A stretch of DNA of 64,000 nt from Oikopleura dioica. Its lineage: Eukaryota; Animalia; Chordata. The number at the start of each line of letters is the position of its first letter. Position 1 is the first letter of the stretch. The stretch covers positions 6,758,001-6,822,000 of the forward strand of contig OU015568.1 of NCBI GenBank assembly GCA_907165135.1. Reading direction: 5' to 3'. Below the pieces are notes generated by a model. The model searched no databases and had not been told where the DNA came from. It saw only the letters and a list, made by a program, of their open reading frames with translations. Shown one piece after another: positions 36,324 to 48,120 of this stretch. A program made the translations under genes and the position numbers.

Positions 36324-38553
36324 ATGGCGGTTCAAATGACTCCAGAAGAATTCGATCAGGTAATTAACTTCTTGGAGGAAGATTGAAATTTTCACGGAAA
36401 GAAGCAATTTTCCTTATCATTTTTTAGGCCGAATATGAAAAATTAATGGAAGATGTCGACAATCGTAGTGACCTAACTGGCTACAGCGGGCTTCCAAAAT
36501 CAGTAGCACCGATGGGCTTCCAAGAACGCGTTTCCGTCGCAGAATCGAACTTTTACGACGAATCCGCAACGATAAGCAGCCAGTTTTTGAAGGGCAAGCC
36601 GCGAATGCCCTCGGTTTCGGCGGACAAGTACCGAGACCTGAGCATTGAAGCCGTCATCGCCCTGCTTGACGATCACAATCGAGATGTGAAAGCGAACGCG
36701 GCTGGTTATTTGCAGCATTTGTCGTTTGACAAGGAGGAAAACAAGAACCTGATAAGGACTTGCGGTGGCATTCCCAAGCTGATTGACATTTTGGAGGAAA
36801 GAAATGACGATCCAAGAATAGTCGGTGAGAAAATATGCAACAATTTGAGCCCCTATTCTTGTCTTTTAGAAAATACCACCGGCGCTCTGAGAAACATTTC
36901 GTACGGAGTCGATCAAAACAAAATCTCGATCAACGTCGCCGAAGGTGTTGGTGCCCTAAATAAGGCTCTCCGTCGAGCCACCGCCAAACTGGAGGATCAA
37001 AAGTCGGCCCAGGTCAATCAGTGGAGTCTTGTTCAGGTCCACGCTGCCGGCGCTTTGTGGAACTTGTCAAGGTGCGAAAAAACACGATGATTTACCAGTA
37101 ATCATTTGTTTAGCCATAAACTTCTGAAGCCGCCGATGCTCGACCAATCTCTTTCGACAATTGTGACGAGTATCCTTGTTCCCTGGGCGAGGCACATGGC
37201 TAATGGATCTACTGGTCCGCCGCCGTCTAAATATACCGACGCGTTCACAGCTGTTTCCGGAATCCTCCGCAATCTCTCATCATACAGGTAAATATTAGCT
37301 CGCCCCTGCTTCTTTTATTCTTATTTTCAGCCCTCCGAACGGACCGGACAGCGCTCGAGATCGAATGAGAAGCGTAGAAGGTCTGATGGACAGTATGTGT
37401 GACATCATCAGTGGCATTCCGAAGTACAGTAATGACATTCTCGACTCCAAGTACTTTGAAAACGTCATTTGCGCGCTGAGGAACTTGACCTATCGAGCGG
37501 CAAAGCAAGTCAACCAGCCTGTTTGCATCAATCCCCAAGTTGTTGTCAAAGCAAGGTTAGCAATCACCGTCTTTGTTTTATTATTACCCTGAAATTACTA
37601 GCTGTTTCACGACGAAACGCGTGGAAGCAACTTACAAAAAGCCCGAAATTCCTGAAGACGACATTCAATCACGTGGTACGATGCGCATCTTCCAGCCAAG
37701 TTTCGCCGCTAATATCATTCACCTGCTCAAGAAATCGACGAATCTGATCACCACCGAAGCCGCCTTAGGAATCATCCAAAACCTGACATCCGATAATTTC
37801 CGATCCTCTTTATACCTCAGAGCTTACATAAGGTACGATTTCCCTTTGTTCTTTCTCAGCTAAGATATCTTCTTTCCAGGGATATAAATGGAATTCCCGT
37901 TTTGGTTCAATTTGTCGAATGTACTGATGCTACAGTGTGTCACTCGGCAATCGTCGCGCTTAGGAACTTATCGGAAGATTTGGACAATAAGAAAGTTGTA
38001 GGAAAGTACGGCATGCAACATATAGCTTCCAAGGTAACCTTGTTCGCCTTTCTCAAGTGGTGATTCTTTTTTCAAGATTCCTGTCGACCCAACGTATCTG
38101 CAGCAAGCAACGAACGCCCACCAACGAAGTTACACTTCCAAATCCGCCGTGGCTGCGCTCTATCTCGTCCGTCTCCTCATCAACCTCAATCAACCAAATG
38201 CCGAGCTAATGGTCTCGACAAACGCACTAAAAGCCATTGTTAACATTAATAAAAACGCGCAATTTGGCGATCCGCTCAGAAAGGCAGCTGGTCAGGTCGG
38301 TTCATGAAAAAGATTCTCTTCCTTGATTTCAATCCTAAACAACTGTCTCTAGAAGCTCATGTTGTTCCTTCAGGTCCTTGTCGTTGCTTGGGAAGTTTCG
38401 AGCATGAGAAAGCAGTACAAAAAGCTGAAACTAACCGAGAAGGACTTCAAACCGACCGTCCAGGCTGGCGAGGCGACCATGAGAAAATCAAAGGCAACGA
38501 CAAACGGCCTCTCTCCCGAATCAGAAAAACTTATATCTGATACGAATGTATAA
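36324..38553 (+). CDS. CTNND: p120/delta-catenin family armadillo-repeat protein
   Basis: VKANAAGYLQHLSF...GGIPKLIDIL; AAGALWNLS; GILRNLSS; ENVICALRNLTY; EAALGIIQNLT; SAIVALRNLS. Short N-terminal head; multi-exon. Subtype (CTNND1/CTNND2/ARVCF/PKP4) not resolved. Confidence 0.9.
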
Positions 38554-39285
38554 TTTATCTACTTTATACAGTATTGTACTTGTATAGAATCAAAAAGTAT
38601 CTACAGACAAACACCGCCAACTCATTCCGCTATTAATTATTTTTTAAATTATTATTGACTTCTTCTTTTTTTGTTATTTTTTTCTTCTCTTCCTTTCTTT
38701 TTAAGTTTCTGGCTGAATCAGCTGAACTCCTTGAATTTTCAAGCATTAGCCAAATTGTCGAAATGAGCTTGATTTTGCCAGATTTAACGTACTTTGTTTC
38801 AGAACCCAACTTCTTTCCCAACCACTATCATGTGTTTTTCCACGCATTGTGTCTTACTTAATATTTCTATCTCAGCATACCCTCCTTGATATCGTCCTTT
38901 ATTATTACTGTGGTCAGTTGTACAGTGATGCAGGTTGTGAATAATTAATAAACTGAAGGATTCTGTATCTGGCGATATGAAATATCGCTCGACACTTAAT
39001 TTATCTAGTAGCAAACTAAATATAACTTCTAAATAATCGGGCCTCCGCAAATACTCAATCCTACATGCATCTGTTCCGTTCCCGGCCCTTAGGGCACCCG
39101 CCAACATTCCCTTTGAATTTGAAGAGACAATTAACAGCTATTTCTATTTTTATGATGACTTACTTCTGACTTATTCTCGCTCCAATTAACGAAGTTCCAA
39201 TTCCGCAATTTTAAAATAAAGAAAAGACTCCTGCTTATCTTCAATTCAACTTGTAATGTTTTCAGATTGAGAAACAAAGAAAAAC

Positions 39286-39801
39286 ATGGATCCCGAAATT
39301 CAAAAGTCAATGGGCCAGATGCGCATGTTCCGACAGCAGCAGGCCAATTGTGCTGCCAAGATTCAGGCTCTCAAACAGACTCAAAAACGGGTTGAGCTCA
39401 CTAACAAAGAAATTAGCTCCGTAAGTCGGCTTCTATAGCCTTGATTTGGTTAGGGTCAATTTTGATTCGCTCATTCGACAAACACTGAGCTCTGATTGGC
39501 TGAAAATCCTCATAGAACCCCCATTTTTGTGTCCCCATATCTCTACTACTAATTTAGTCATCGCTGAATTTTCAAAAACTCATTTTAGCTCGCTCCAGAA
39601 ACCGCACTGTACGCCTCTGTAGGCCGATGTTTCATCTTCAAGTCCCGCTCGGACATCGACGAAGGCATGGCCACCCAGCAAAAGAACATCGCCGAGCAGA
39701 TCGAAAAGACTGAAGAGCAGAAGACCGTCCTCGAAAAGAAGGAGAAAGAAATGAAAGAAACCGTTCAAGAGCTCATGAAGAACAAGCAAGTTGCCAACTA
39801 A
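39286..39801 (+). CDS. PFDN1: Prefoldin subunit 1
   Basis: MDPEIQKSM...RVELTNKEISS|LAPETALYASVGRCFIFKS...KTVLEKKEKEMKETVQELM. Two exons. Confidence 0.85.
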
Positions 39802-40149
39802 GATTTAAGATTATTCAGCGCTTCTTCGAATCTATTTTATTTCATTTCGTTTTGCCTTTCTTTCTTAGAAAAAGGATTGTTACTTTCTGTAATCTAAAAC
39901 TGAAAACGCCTATCCAAAGTAAAGACTTACCGCGGGCAGGCTGCTTCCTTTTCTGACAAAATTCTACTAGCTCCTTCCTAGGCCTTATTTTCTCCTATTT
40001 TAGTTTTTATTCCTACTCCTTGGTGTAGCCAAAAAACGCACCTATCGGCGGTGCAGCAATCTTCTGTTTATTCAACTTATTTCTTACTAGTATCTCCTGT
40101 TTGAAATACAGTAATAAAAATATATAATTTGAACTTGACCACGAATCAA

Positions 40150-40593
40150 GCTTGTTTACTGTTTTCAAGCTTTTTATTAGTAAGTCAGCCTATTGCATGT
40201 TCGAATAATTTTTGATGAGTTTCGCTGGATGGTTTCATCAAAGAATGAGAGAGCGTAAGAGGTTGAGGGGAGTGGCGTTCTTCTCGGTATTTTTCGAAAA
40301 GGTGTTGTATTCTCGTTCGAGTTTGGCGAACTCTAGCTTTTATCTGAACGACGATATGAGGGATGGGAAAGAATTAAAGTATCAACCTTTTCTTTTTCAT
40401 CATCAGTCAAGGAGAAGTCTTTTGGCATCTTGTATTTTCTCAGTTTCTAGCAATAAATTTAGCAAAGAACCCAATTTGAACTATTAACCTCAAGTTTATC
40501 AATATACTTTTGAGAAAGCAGCCTTTTCGCAATCGGATAGTATCTTCCTTCGAGAGCAAACGACGATGCTATCAGAAAAATCAGTATTTTCAT
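40150..40593 (-). CDS. Small putative secreted protein, family unknown
   Basis: MKILIFLIASSFALEGRYYP... signal-peptide-like start, followed by two GT-AG-joined exons. 3' end approximate. Confidence 0.35.
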
Positions 40594-40854
40594 CCCGTCA
40601 ATCGCAATTTTTCTCTGCTTCATGGACGGTTTATAAGGGGATACCGAGACAATGAAATTATAATCTACTGAATATGCATGATTGAGACTCTTTTTATAAC
40701 ATGTCTGACTGCTTGGCTTCATTAATATTCACTTTACTCATCCTCCGAGGAAATACAGGGCCGTCGATTCTAACAATATTCAATATTTTCGTTGTGCTTT
40801 TATTTGGCAGTTAAATGATCAGAAGAAGCTTTGGCACAGGTGCTGAATAAATTT

Positions 40855-41753
40855 CTACGTGAAGAAGCGGGAGGCGAAGTAGCTTTTGCGCTCCGGCTTG
40901 GCTGGCTTCTCCAAATTGATGTCGACTTCGGTCGCCTTGTCGCGGAGAATGCGCCGGCAGACCATGAGCTAAAACGGGTTAAATTCTGTTAGGGGGCTTT
41001 CAATTTCTACCAGGAATTCATTGTAGTCGATTTCTCCGTCTCCATCGTCGTCAAAAGCTTGAATCATCAGGCCGATCTCCTCCGACTCGATTATTCTAGC
41101 AATTAGTACAGTCGTTCTGAATCAAATAGTCTACCTTCCGTGACGACGCATCCAAGCAGCAAACTCATTCGAGGTAATCTTTCCCGAGTTGTCCACATCG
41201 TAGCTTTGGAAAACATGTCTCACGCCTTCGAGACCTTCCGTTTTCACCATGAGCATCAGGAATTCCGTGAAGTTCAGCGTCCCGCTATTGTCCACATCCA
41301 CGGAGTCGATCACTAATGAAAAACTCTCATCCCTCCTTGCCCCTCAAGGTGGGCTCAGAGGTCTGTGTAGAAAACCTGAGTCAGGGTTTTGAGGGCTTGG
41401 AGAAAAGCCGCGTAGCGGCTTTTATGAAAACGAAGCCACGAAGCGGCTTCGCCAAAGCTACCATTTCAGTCTCTTTTTTTGACACCCTGACTCAGGTTTT
41501 CTACACATGTTGCCCAGTCCAGGCTCCAAGAAGAATTACCGTGAGAGATGAACTTTTCGCAAGCAGTCGGGTCATAAACAAAAAGCCGGGCGAGTTCTCG
41601 GACGTCGATGGTCCCATCTAAAGAAGGGTGAGAATAAACAACGAATGAATGAATGAATAACCAACCGTTGTTTTCGTCCATCATTTTGAAAGCATTCTTG
41701 AGCTCTTCTTTGGTCAAAGAAGCGCTGATAATCGACCGGTCAAAGTCGTCCAT
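40855..41753 (-). CDS. Calmodulin-like four-EF-hand protein
   Basis: EF loops DENNDGTIDVRE, DVDNSGTLNFTE, DVDNSGKITSNE and DDDGDGEIDYNE. GT-AG introns. Confidence 0.87.
41352..41520. mobile_element. MITE family A, copy in a calmodulin-like intron
   Basis: TGTGTAGAAAACCTGAGTCAGGG...AAAAGCCGCGTAGCGGCTTTT...CCCTGACTCAGGTTTTCTACACA. Confidence 0.85.
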
Positions 41754-42050
41754 TCTCACTGCAAAGCGCTTCCCAAATCGGGTCAGGGGCGAATCAAACC
41801 GCTAATTTATTCATTTTCCAAACGCTTTTATTATTTCAAAAAAGCCTTACCAAGCTTTGACGATTCAGTTTTCCTCTAGTAGCTCTCAAAAATTGTCTCA
41901 TCCTGCGTGGCTCACTATTTTTGACTATTTTGGGAGTGCGGCGTTTTCGCAAAAATAGGGCAGTTGAGATTTTAGATTTGCAGGTGTGAAAAAATCACCG
42001 TTTCCCGTGAAATTTTTTAGGCGGCAAAAAACAGGCCGGACAAAAAGTTT

Positions 42051-42123
42051 TACCCTACCCGGGACTCGAACCCGGAACCTCTGGATTAGAAGTCCAGCGC
42101 GCTATCCATTGCGCCAGCAAGGC
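42051..42123 (-). tRNA. tRNA-Arg (anticodon TCT), intronless
   Basis: GCCTTGCTGGCGCAATGGATAGCGCGCTGGACTTCTAATCCAGAGGTTCCGGGTTCGAGTCCCGGGTAGGGTA. A and B boxes, cloverleaf, and a downstream TTTTT Pol III terminator. Confidence 0.95.
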
Positions 42124-42256
42124 ATGGTGAGCCTTCAGCAAAAATCCAATATGAATACCGCACCCGTATACTTTCGATGGTTCGCTACGTTTCTAGAATA
42201 GACGCTGGAAAAGGCTTGTTTTCTGTGGGAAGGAAATTGATATTTTAGTTGATAAG

Positions 42257-43423
42257 ATGAGCCAGCCTTCGATCCCATCTTCGGAAAAACTAAGGAAAGG
42301 GCTTTAGGTTACTGTAACGAACAGTTTTTATCAGTAAAACTGTTTCAATTGATAACAGTTGTCATGTTCTTTTACCGATGATTTTTGCCATTTCCCCCGA
42401 AAAACAAGAATGTCTCCATATATGGAGACATTTTTGATCGCAGCCAATCAAAATGCTTGAAAGTCTTAGTGGTGGCGCTTTTCTGGATTTGAGCAAAAAT
42501 CATCGGTAAATATCTTTGAGCGAAAGAAAATCAAGCCCTTGTCGAGCACTGAAGTTCTCCATTCAAATCTCCCCGGCGAATTGAGTTCAACCTCACTTTC
42601 AGAGAGTTTGAAGCCGCAGCCTCTGCAGCAAAGCTCCTCCCTTTCCATCCACGACCGATTGGAAAATATCGACAATGAAATCACCCTCATCGCCAGAAAA
42701 GTCAAGGTAAATTTTTACATCACGAACGAGGAAGAATCAAATAGGAAAAAATTCAGACGACGACGAGTGGAAAGTTGAAAGGGATGAAGCAAAAGTTTGA
42801 GGCGCGGCAAAGTGTGCTGAAGACGGAAATTGAGTGTACAAAGGTTTGATTCTTGATAGAAGAAGGTGGCTATGAGATTTTTTAGACGATAGCGAAAGAA
42901 AACGAGAATAAAGCGACTCATCTTGACACAGAACTCCGTCGACTAAGGACCGAAGGTACTGGCTTCTTCTTTATCATCCCTCCTTTTATGGAGTTTTAAG
43001 GCTCGGAGTTGCAAAGAAAACTCGACGAATTGAAAGCTCAAAATAACGAAGCAATAAGACTTGAGCAAGAAATCATTTCCCAGGGAAAACAAAACGACGA
43101 AATAATTGGAGAAATGGCAGATCTCAAGCAGGCAATTTTGAGCCTAAGTCGGACAGGTACTTAATTCTTTATTGAATTTCGGAAACCATTTTTTAGTTCG
43201 CGAAAAAGCACAAGAACTGAACGAAAGCAACACATTACGCGAATCAATGCTGGACGAAAACGCAACGCTCAAACGAGAACGATTCGAACTCGATGTCAAT
43301 TTGAAAAGCCGAGAACGCAATTTACTTGAAGCAACGCGCGAAATAGCAGAACTAGAAAGAATGCTGCAAACTTCGAACTCCTCTGTTACAAATTCGTTAT
43401 CTGCAATGTCGACTGAGCTCTAA
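42257..43423 (+). CDS. Coiled-coil protein, family unknown
   Basis: E/K/L-rich exons (RLENIDNEITLIARKVK; ELERMLQTS...) with short introns. Stop at 43421-43423 followed by AATAAA. 5' exons uncertain. Confidence 0.55.
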
Positions 43424-43529
43424 ACAATTCTGTAAATAAATATTTAATTTATACAAAAGTCGCACTTTCTCGTTAAATCGTATATGCACGGGCGCGGCTT
43501 GAACTAAACTCATTTAAAAATCAAGAGAG

Positions 43530-45732
43530 ATGTGGAAAGCAGTCTTTTTTCTCCCTCAAATTTGGGCGCAAACGCAGCCAGATGCTTGGCCTGATTACCA
43601 AGGCTCTTACGGCCTCTATGGCGTCTGGTCGCGACCTTCAGATGTTCAATGGTCAGATTTTGTGCAGTTCTATCACAGCTACGATGCAACGAAAACGAAT
43701 CCAAAAAAGGTCATGTCTCGGAAGATTCACGGCGCGTATGTGACTGCTCTCTGGGACAAGCCAAATGAAAAAGTTCATCTCTTGCATGATGAATTCGACT
43801 GCACAACAAGAGCTTGGCAGAACGAGCCGGAGTTTGAACTGAATGGCGAGAAGTACCAATTCATTCCTCCTCTGTCCTTGATTTCCAAAAACCGCGTCGA
43901 GGGAATCACAAAAGTCAAGACAAACGAAACAGTCCGAGGAATCCCGGTTTGGAAGTGGAAGGCCGACTTGAAAGATTCGAGCTCGAAATCGACCGGGAGC
44001 ATCGAAGTTATCACCGCTCAAACATCCAGTGAAAACATTCCTCTACGACCCATGCGACTGAGCTTCCGACTTCCAGGAGTTGACCATCATGAGATTTTCG
44101 AAATCTTCAAATTTCGGTCTGACTGAGTCTGACAGCTCTCAATCATTTTTTTCTTTTGACATAAAAAATTTAAGCTGGGAGGAACCACCCGTGGAAGTGT
44201 TTCAAATACCCGCTTTGACGCCCTGCAAAACAAGCCACAAGCCTGAGATCCCAGTTTTCAAGAGCAAGAACTTCCACGCGATGGCTGAAATCAAGGAAGA
44301 GATTCAATGTTTTTACCAAAATTTAGCTTGATGCGCGAAAAATAATCTTGACAAGGACATTATCTATGGTTCTGAGAAGTACGACTTTCCAATCTACGAC
44401 TTCGACATCACTTATTCTCAAGATGTTCAGCTTTCAAAATACCGCTTCTCGACAAATGGCTTTGCCGACATGATTTCGTTTTTCGGCAAGACGCAGCTTG
44501 AATGCACAAATGACTATGAAGGAGATGTTGTTTACTGCACCGACTTGCTTTATGGAAATTGTTCGTCCTGGAGGTTTCTTTTTTCATCGGAAGAGCACAT
44601 TTTAACGTCCTTCTTAGCTTATCCGACGACAGTTTTCCAGGAAGCTCGACGACAATTCACGGTGGGTTGGTTTCGATGAAATCGCCAGCTGAATTTTGGG
44701 GAACTGATGATCCACAAGCCTACTGGTTCAAAGGAAATTCTACTGTTCGAAATGTAAGGGCTAGAATTTTCGATTGATTGTTTTATCAAAAATTTAGGTT
44801 TTAGCGAACTCATGGACTGCTGAGAAAACTGTAGACAAGAAAGAATACACATTTGACTGGTATTTTTCCGATAGCTCGTGGAAGTTTTACACGCATCAAG
44901 AAAGGTAGTTAATTTTGGAAGATGGAAACTTTGATTCTTTAGTCGGCGACAGCAGCCGCTTCTTTTGAGAACTCGCTCCGCAGATCCAGTTACACCGGAC
45001 GGGCACCACCACCACGTCGACTATTCTATCTATTACTACGATGAAGGGCTGAAATCGTTTCCGGCAAATGCATTTGATTCTGCTTCGAAATGCTTCGCGG
45101 GAGAAAAGCATTCGTTTTTGCAAATCAACATGACTGATGTTGATGGAACTGGACCAGGTTAGGGTTAGAGAAAAAATCTCTCACTTTTGATTTTTTAGAT
45201 GTCGTCCGAGACATGTTCAAAATTGAGTTCGAAAAACGACTGCGAGAGACACTAGCCAGGGCTGCCGGAGTTGGGTTTTTGAGAATTAACAGGCTTAAAA
45301 TCTTCAATTTCGATCAAGCTGACAAATTCCAAATCCAGTTCTATCTTCTTGAGAAATCGAAGCTCTCAAAGTCGAACGAGTTGACGTTGGACGAAGCAAA
45401 GTTTAAATTGAGCGGGATCATTGGTTCTGGAGGCGTTGGAATGCACCTGAATATGGCTGAGTACTTGGGATATGACAGCAGATTCCAAGGTGGTTTTAAG
45501 ACAATTGGCAGGGTTTTAAAGATTTTTAGCAATCAACACGACCCTGATTACAAAAGAGCTGTTCGACGAAAACGTTATCTATCAAGATAAATACGTAACT
45601 GACGGCGTAAGCGATGGTAACTTCGCAGTGGCTAGCATTCTGACTATTGTTGGCGGAGTAGCGATAGGTTTGGCTGCTGTATCAAGCGTCTTCCAAATCG
45701 CAATCCTTGGAATAGTCGTTCCCAAAATCTGA
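43530..45732 (+). CDS. Type I membrane protein with repeated beta-rich ectodomain modules (possibly ependymin/LolA-like fold)
   Basis: Signal peptide MWKAVFFLPQIWA; repeated motifs ETVRGIPVWKW and STVRNV...YTFDWYFS; AFDSASKCF; C-terminal hydrophobic helix AVASILTIVGGVAIGLAAV. Fold assignment is an inference. Confidence 0.6.
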
Positions 45733-45826
45733 TTTTCCGTGGTCCACATAAATAAAGTTTAAAAATCAACCCTGTTCTCGCCTCAAGCTATTTTTTGACG
45801 CAAATTGTTGTAATGTTTCAAGAGAA

Positions 45827-47094
45827 ATGAGAATCGCTTTACTTTTGCCTGGATTGTCCTCGACAGTGACGATGGAGCAAGCTGATGCTCTGGAAAAGTG
45901 GCAGAAAATGTATTTTCCGAGGGAGCTAGTCCGGATGAAGATTACGCCATATGGGCAGCTAGGTGTCTTTGCGGAAAAGGACATTCCACGGGGCTCGATT
46001 TTGCTGGATATTGAGTACGAGGATCAGATCACAGTAAAGAAAGCGATACGGGAATTGAAGACGAAGGTCAAATTGAAAGTACCGACACTTGATTGCGTCG
46101 ACACACTAATTTTGTACATTTATTATGAGCTGAAGGAAGAAGAGGACTCGGAACTCCACCCGTTCTTTGATGCAATTACCAAGGATTTTCGCTATATTCT
46201 CGCGAATTGGGATGAAAAATACGATGAATTTCTATCGCCTCAAGTATTGAGAATGAAGCATAAAGCTCAAGAACTCATGAAAATCCGATATCAAAGGTAG
46301 AAGTGCTGGATAGAATCATAATCATGAAAATTCCAGAGCGCGAAAGGCTGACCATGAGATCCAGTTCAACGAGTTCAATTTTGCCGCGAATCTCGTTATG
46401 AGCCGGCAATTGTCCGACGCTCTTCCAGATCCTTCTTCCAGGCCTGTTTGGTTTCTCGAATCTTCAAACTGTCACAAACTGGCTCCGATTTACGATGTCT
46501 GGAATCACGAAACGACGCCAAACTCTCACTACTTTAATCCTCCGGGCTCAAGTCTTACGATTTACGCAGCTAGGGATCTCAAAAAGGACGAAGAGCTCTT
46601 CGTGACGTACGGTCCTCATACTCATCAAAATCTCATGCTTCTTGCAATTTACGGAATGGCGCTAGAAAGTGCCAAGGGCGAAATCTTGTTCTTTTCGAAG
46701 GAAGAAATCGATGCTGCTCTCCCTGAACAACTCGCTTCAATCAACGAAAATGGTCCTCAATCTATGCTTCATGGGAAACCCAGTGATGATTATTTGACAG
46801 CTGAATGCGAAATTAACATGGAAAAATTACGATCTTCGGACCCGAATTTTTTCTTTCTAAAAGGTTAGCCCACCAAATAAAGCGGTAGTAATTATTCTTA
46901 TTCATAAAATTTCAGACCTGCTGAATCAGCGACGCACTGATCTTGAACTCAAACTCACCCGCTTCGGGAAATTCAATGAGCCAGATGAGTACAGAAGATT
47001 TTTAGTGACGCGATTGATAGAGAGCGAACTTACAGTCATAGAACGCTGCTTCCAGCAATTCAATCTTTTATCATATTTTAAACCTGAACTCTGA
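45827..47094 (+). CDS. SET-domain methyltransferase of the SETD4/Rubisco-LSMT type
   Basis: GQLGVFAEKDIPRGSILLDI; LAPIYDVWNHE; IYAARDLKKDEELFVTYG...LAIYG. Confidence 0.8.
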
Positions 47095-47263
47095 AATTTC
47101 AACAAATACAGTATCTTCAGCGACCAGGAGTTGTTTGTTTCACCAACTTCTTTAGAATTTTTTTAAAGAGCGAGCTTTTCAAGTGTTTAACTCTAACAGT
47201 CCTCCAACAAGAAAGAGACGTCTTCTGTTCTTGCGAAAGACTACTCGGAATTCGCAAAAAATT

Positions 47264-48120
47264 ATGAAGTTGTCGATGATTTTTGCCCAATTTGGGTTCT
47301 TACTAGCTGAAGATCATGAGGATCATGAGGATGCTGAGCATGGAATTACCTCGTGTCAAGCGGTTCTAGAGCAGCAAAACGTCTTGCTTGGCCATTATTC
47401 TAGCTACGGTTTTACTTTTTGAGAACGATTAGACTCTTGCTATGTCTCAAATGTCTACAAATGTCTCTGAATGTCTCCCTAAAACCGACATCTAAGAACA
47501 TTGCTAGAGCAATCCGAACAAGTTAGACAATGTCGGAAGCCGGAAGAAGACTGGGTCGTTGATAAAAACGGGCATTGTGTAAAAGTCTTCTTGGTATCTC
47601 TCTTTTTTTTTCTTCTTCTTGATAACTTGAAAGGTCCATAAATCCTGGAATGACGCTCTTGAATGCTGTAAAAAGAAGGGAGGAAAGCTTGTCACGATCG
47701 AGTATCCAGCAAAAGCCTTTGAGATCAAGTATCTTCTTCAAAAAGCGAGCAACTGGACCGAAGACCAAATCTGGATCGGCTACAACGACAAGGAAAACGA
47801 AGGCGTTTGGATGGGCTGCAACGGTAAACCCGCTCCAGCCGGCTTCTGGCATAAAAATCAACCGGATAACTGCTGTCGCGGGCGCTACGGCATTTGGGAG
47901 CAGAACTGCGCGCTCATGGGGTCACGGTAGGGGCAGCGATGATACACACTGATTGATCGATAACATAAATTATGTTTTCCGTGATGATGTTTAATTGAAT
48001 GATTTTTCAGTGGATATGTTACTTGGGAAGACCAATGCTGCAAATCGGAACGTCACCCATTTGCTTGCCAAGTCGAGGACTGTGCCTTTCCCGGAGAAAC
48101 GGACGACGATAGTACCACAG
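47264..48120 (+). CDS. Secreted C-type lectin (QPD motif)
   Basis: Signal MKLSMIFAQFGFLLA; HKSWNDALECCKKKGGKLVTI; QIWIGYNDKENEGVW; WHKNQPDN; ENC-like EQNCAL; WEDQCC...FACQ. 3' end approximate. Confidence 0.85.

Noticed and set aside
38630-39110. Minus-strand ORFs between the catenin gene and PFDN1
   Set aside because: No motif or convincing splice structure; likely 3' UTR or intergenic.
40855-41753. Functional link between the calmodulin-like gene and the calmodulin-binding STRA6-like gene
   Set aside because: They are 25 kb apart with many unrelated genes between; proximity is not evidence.
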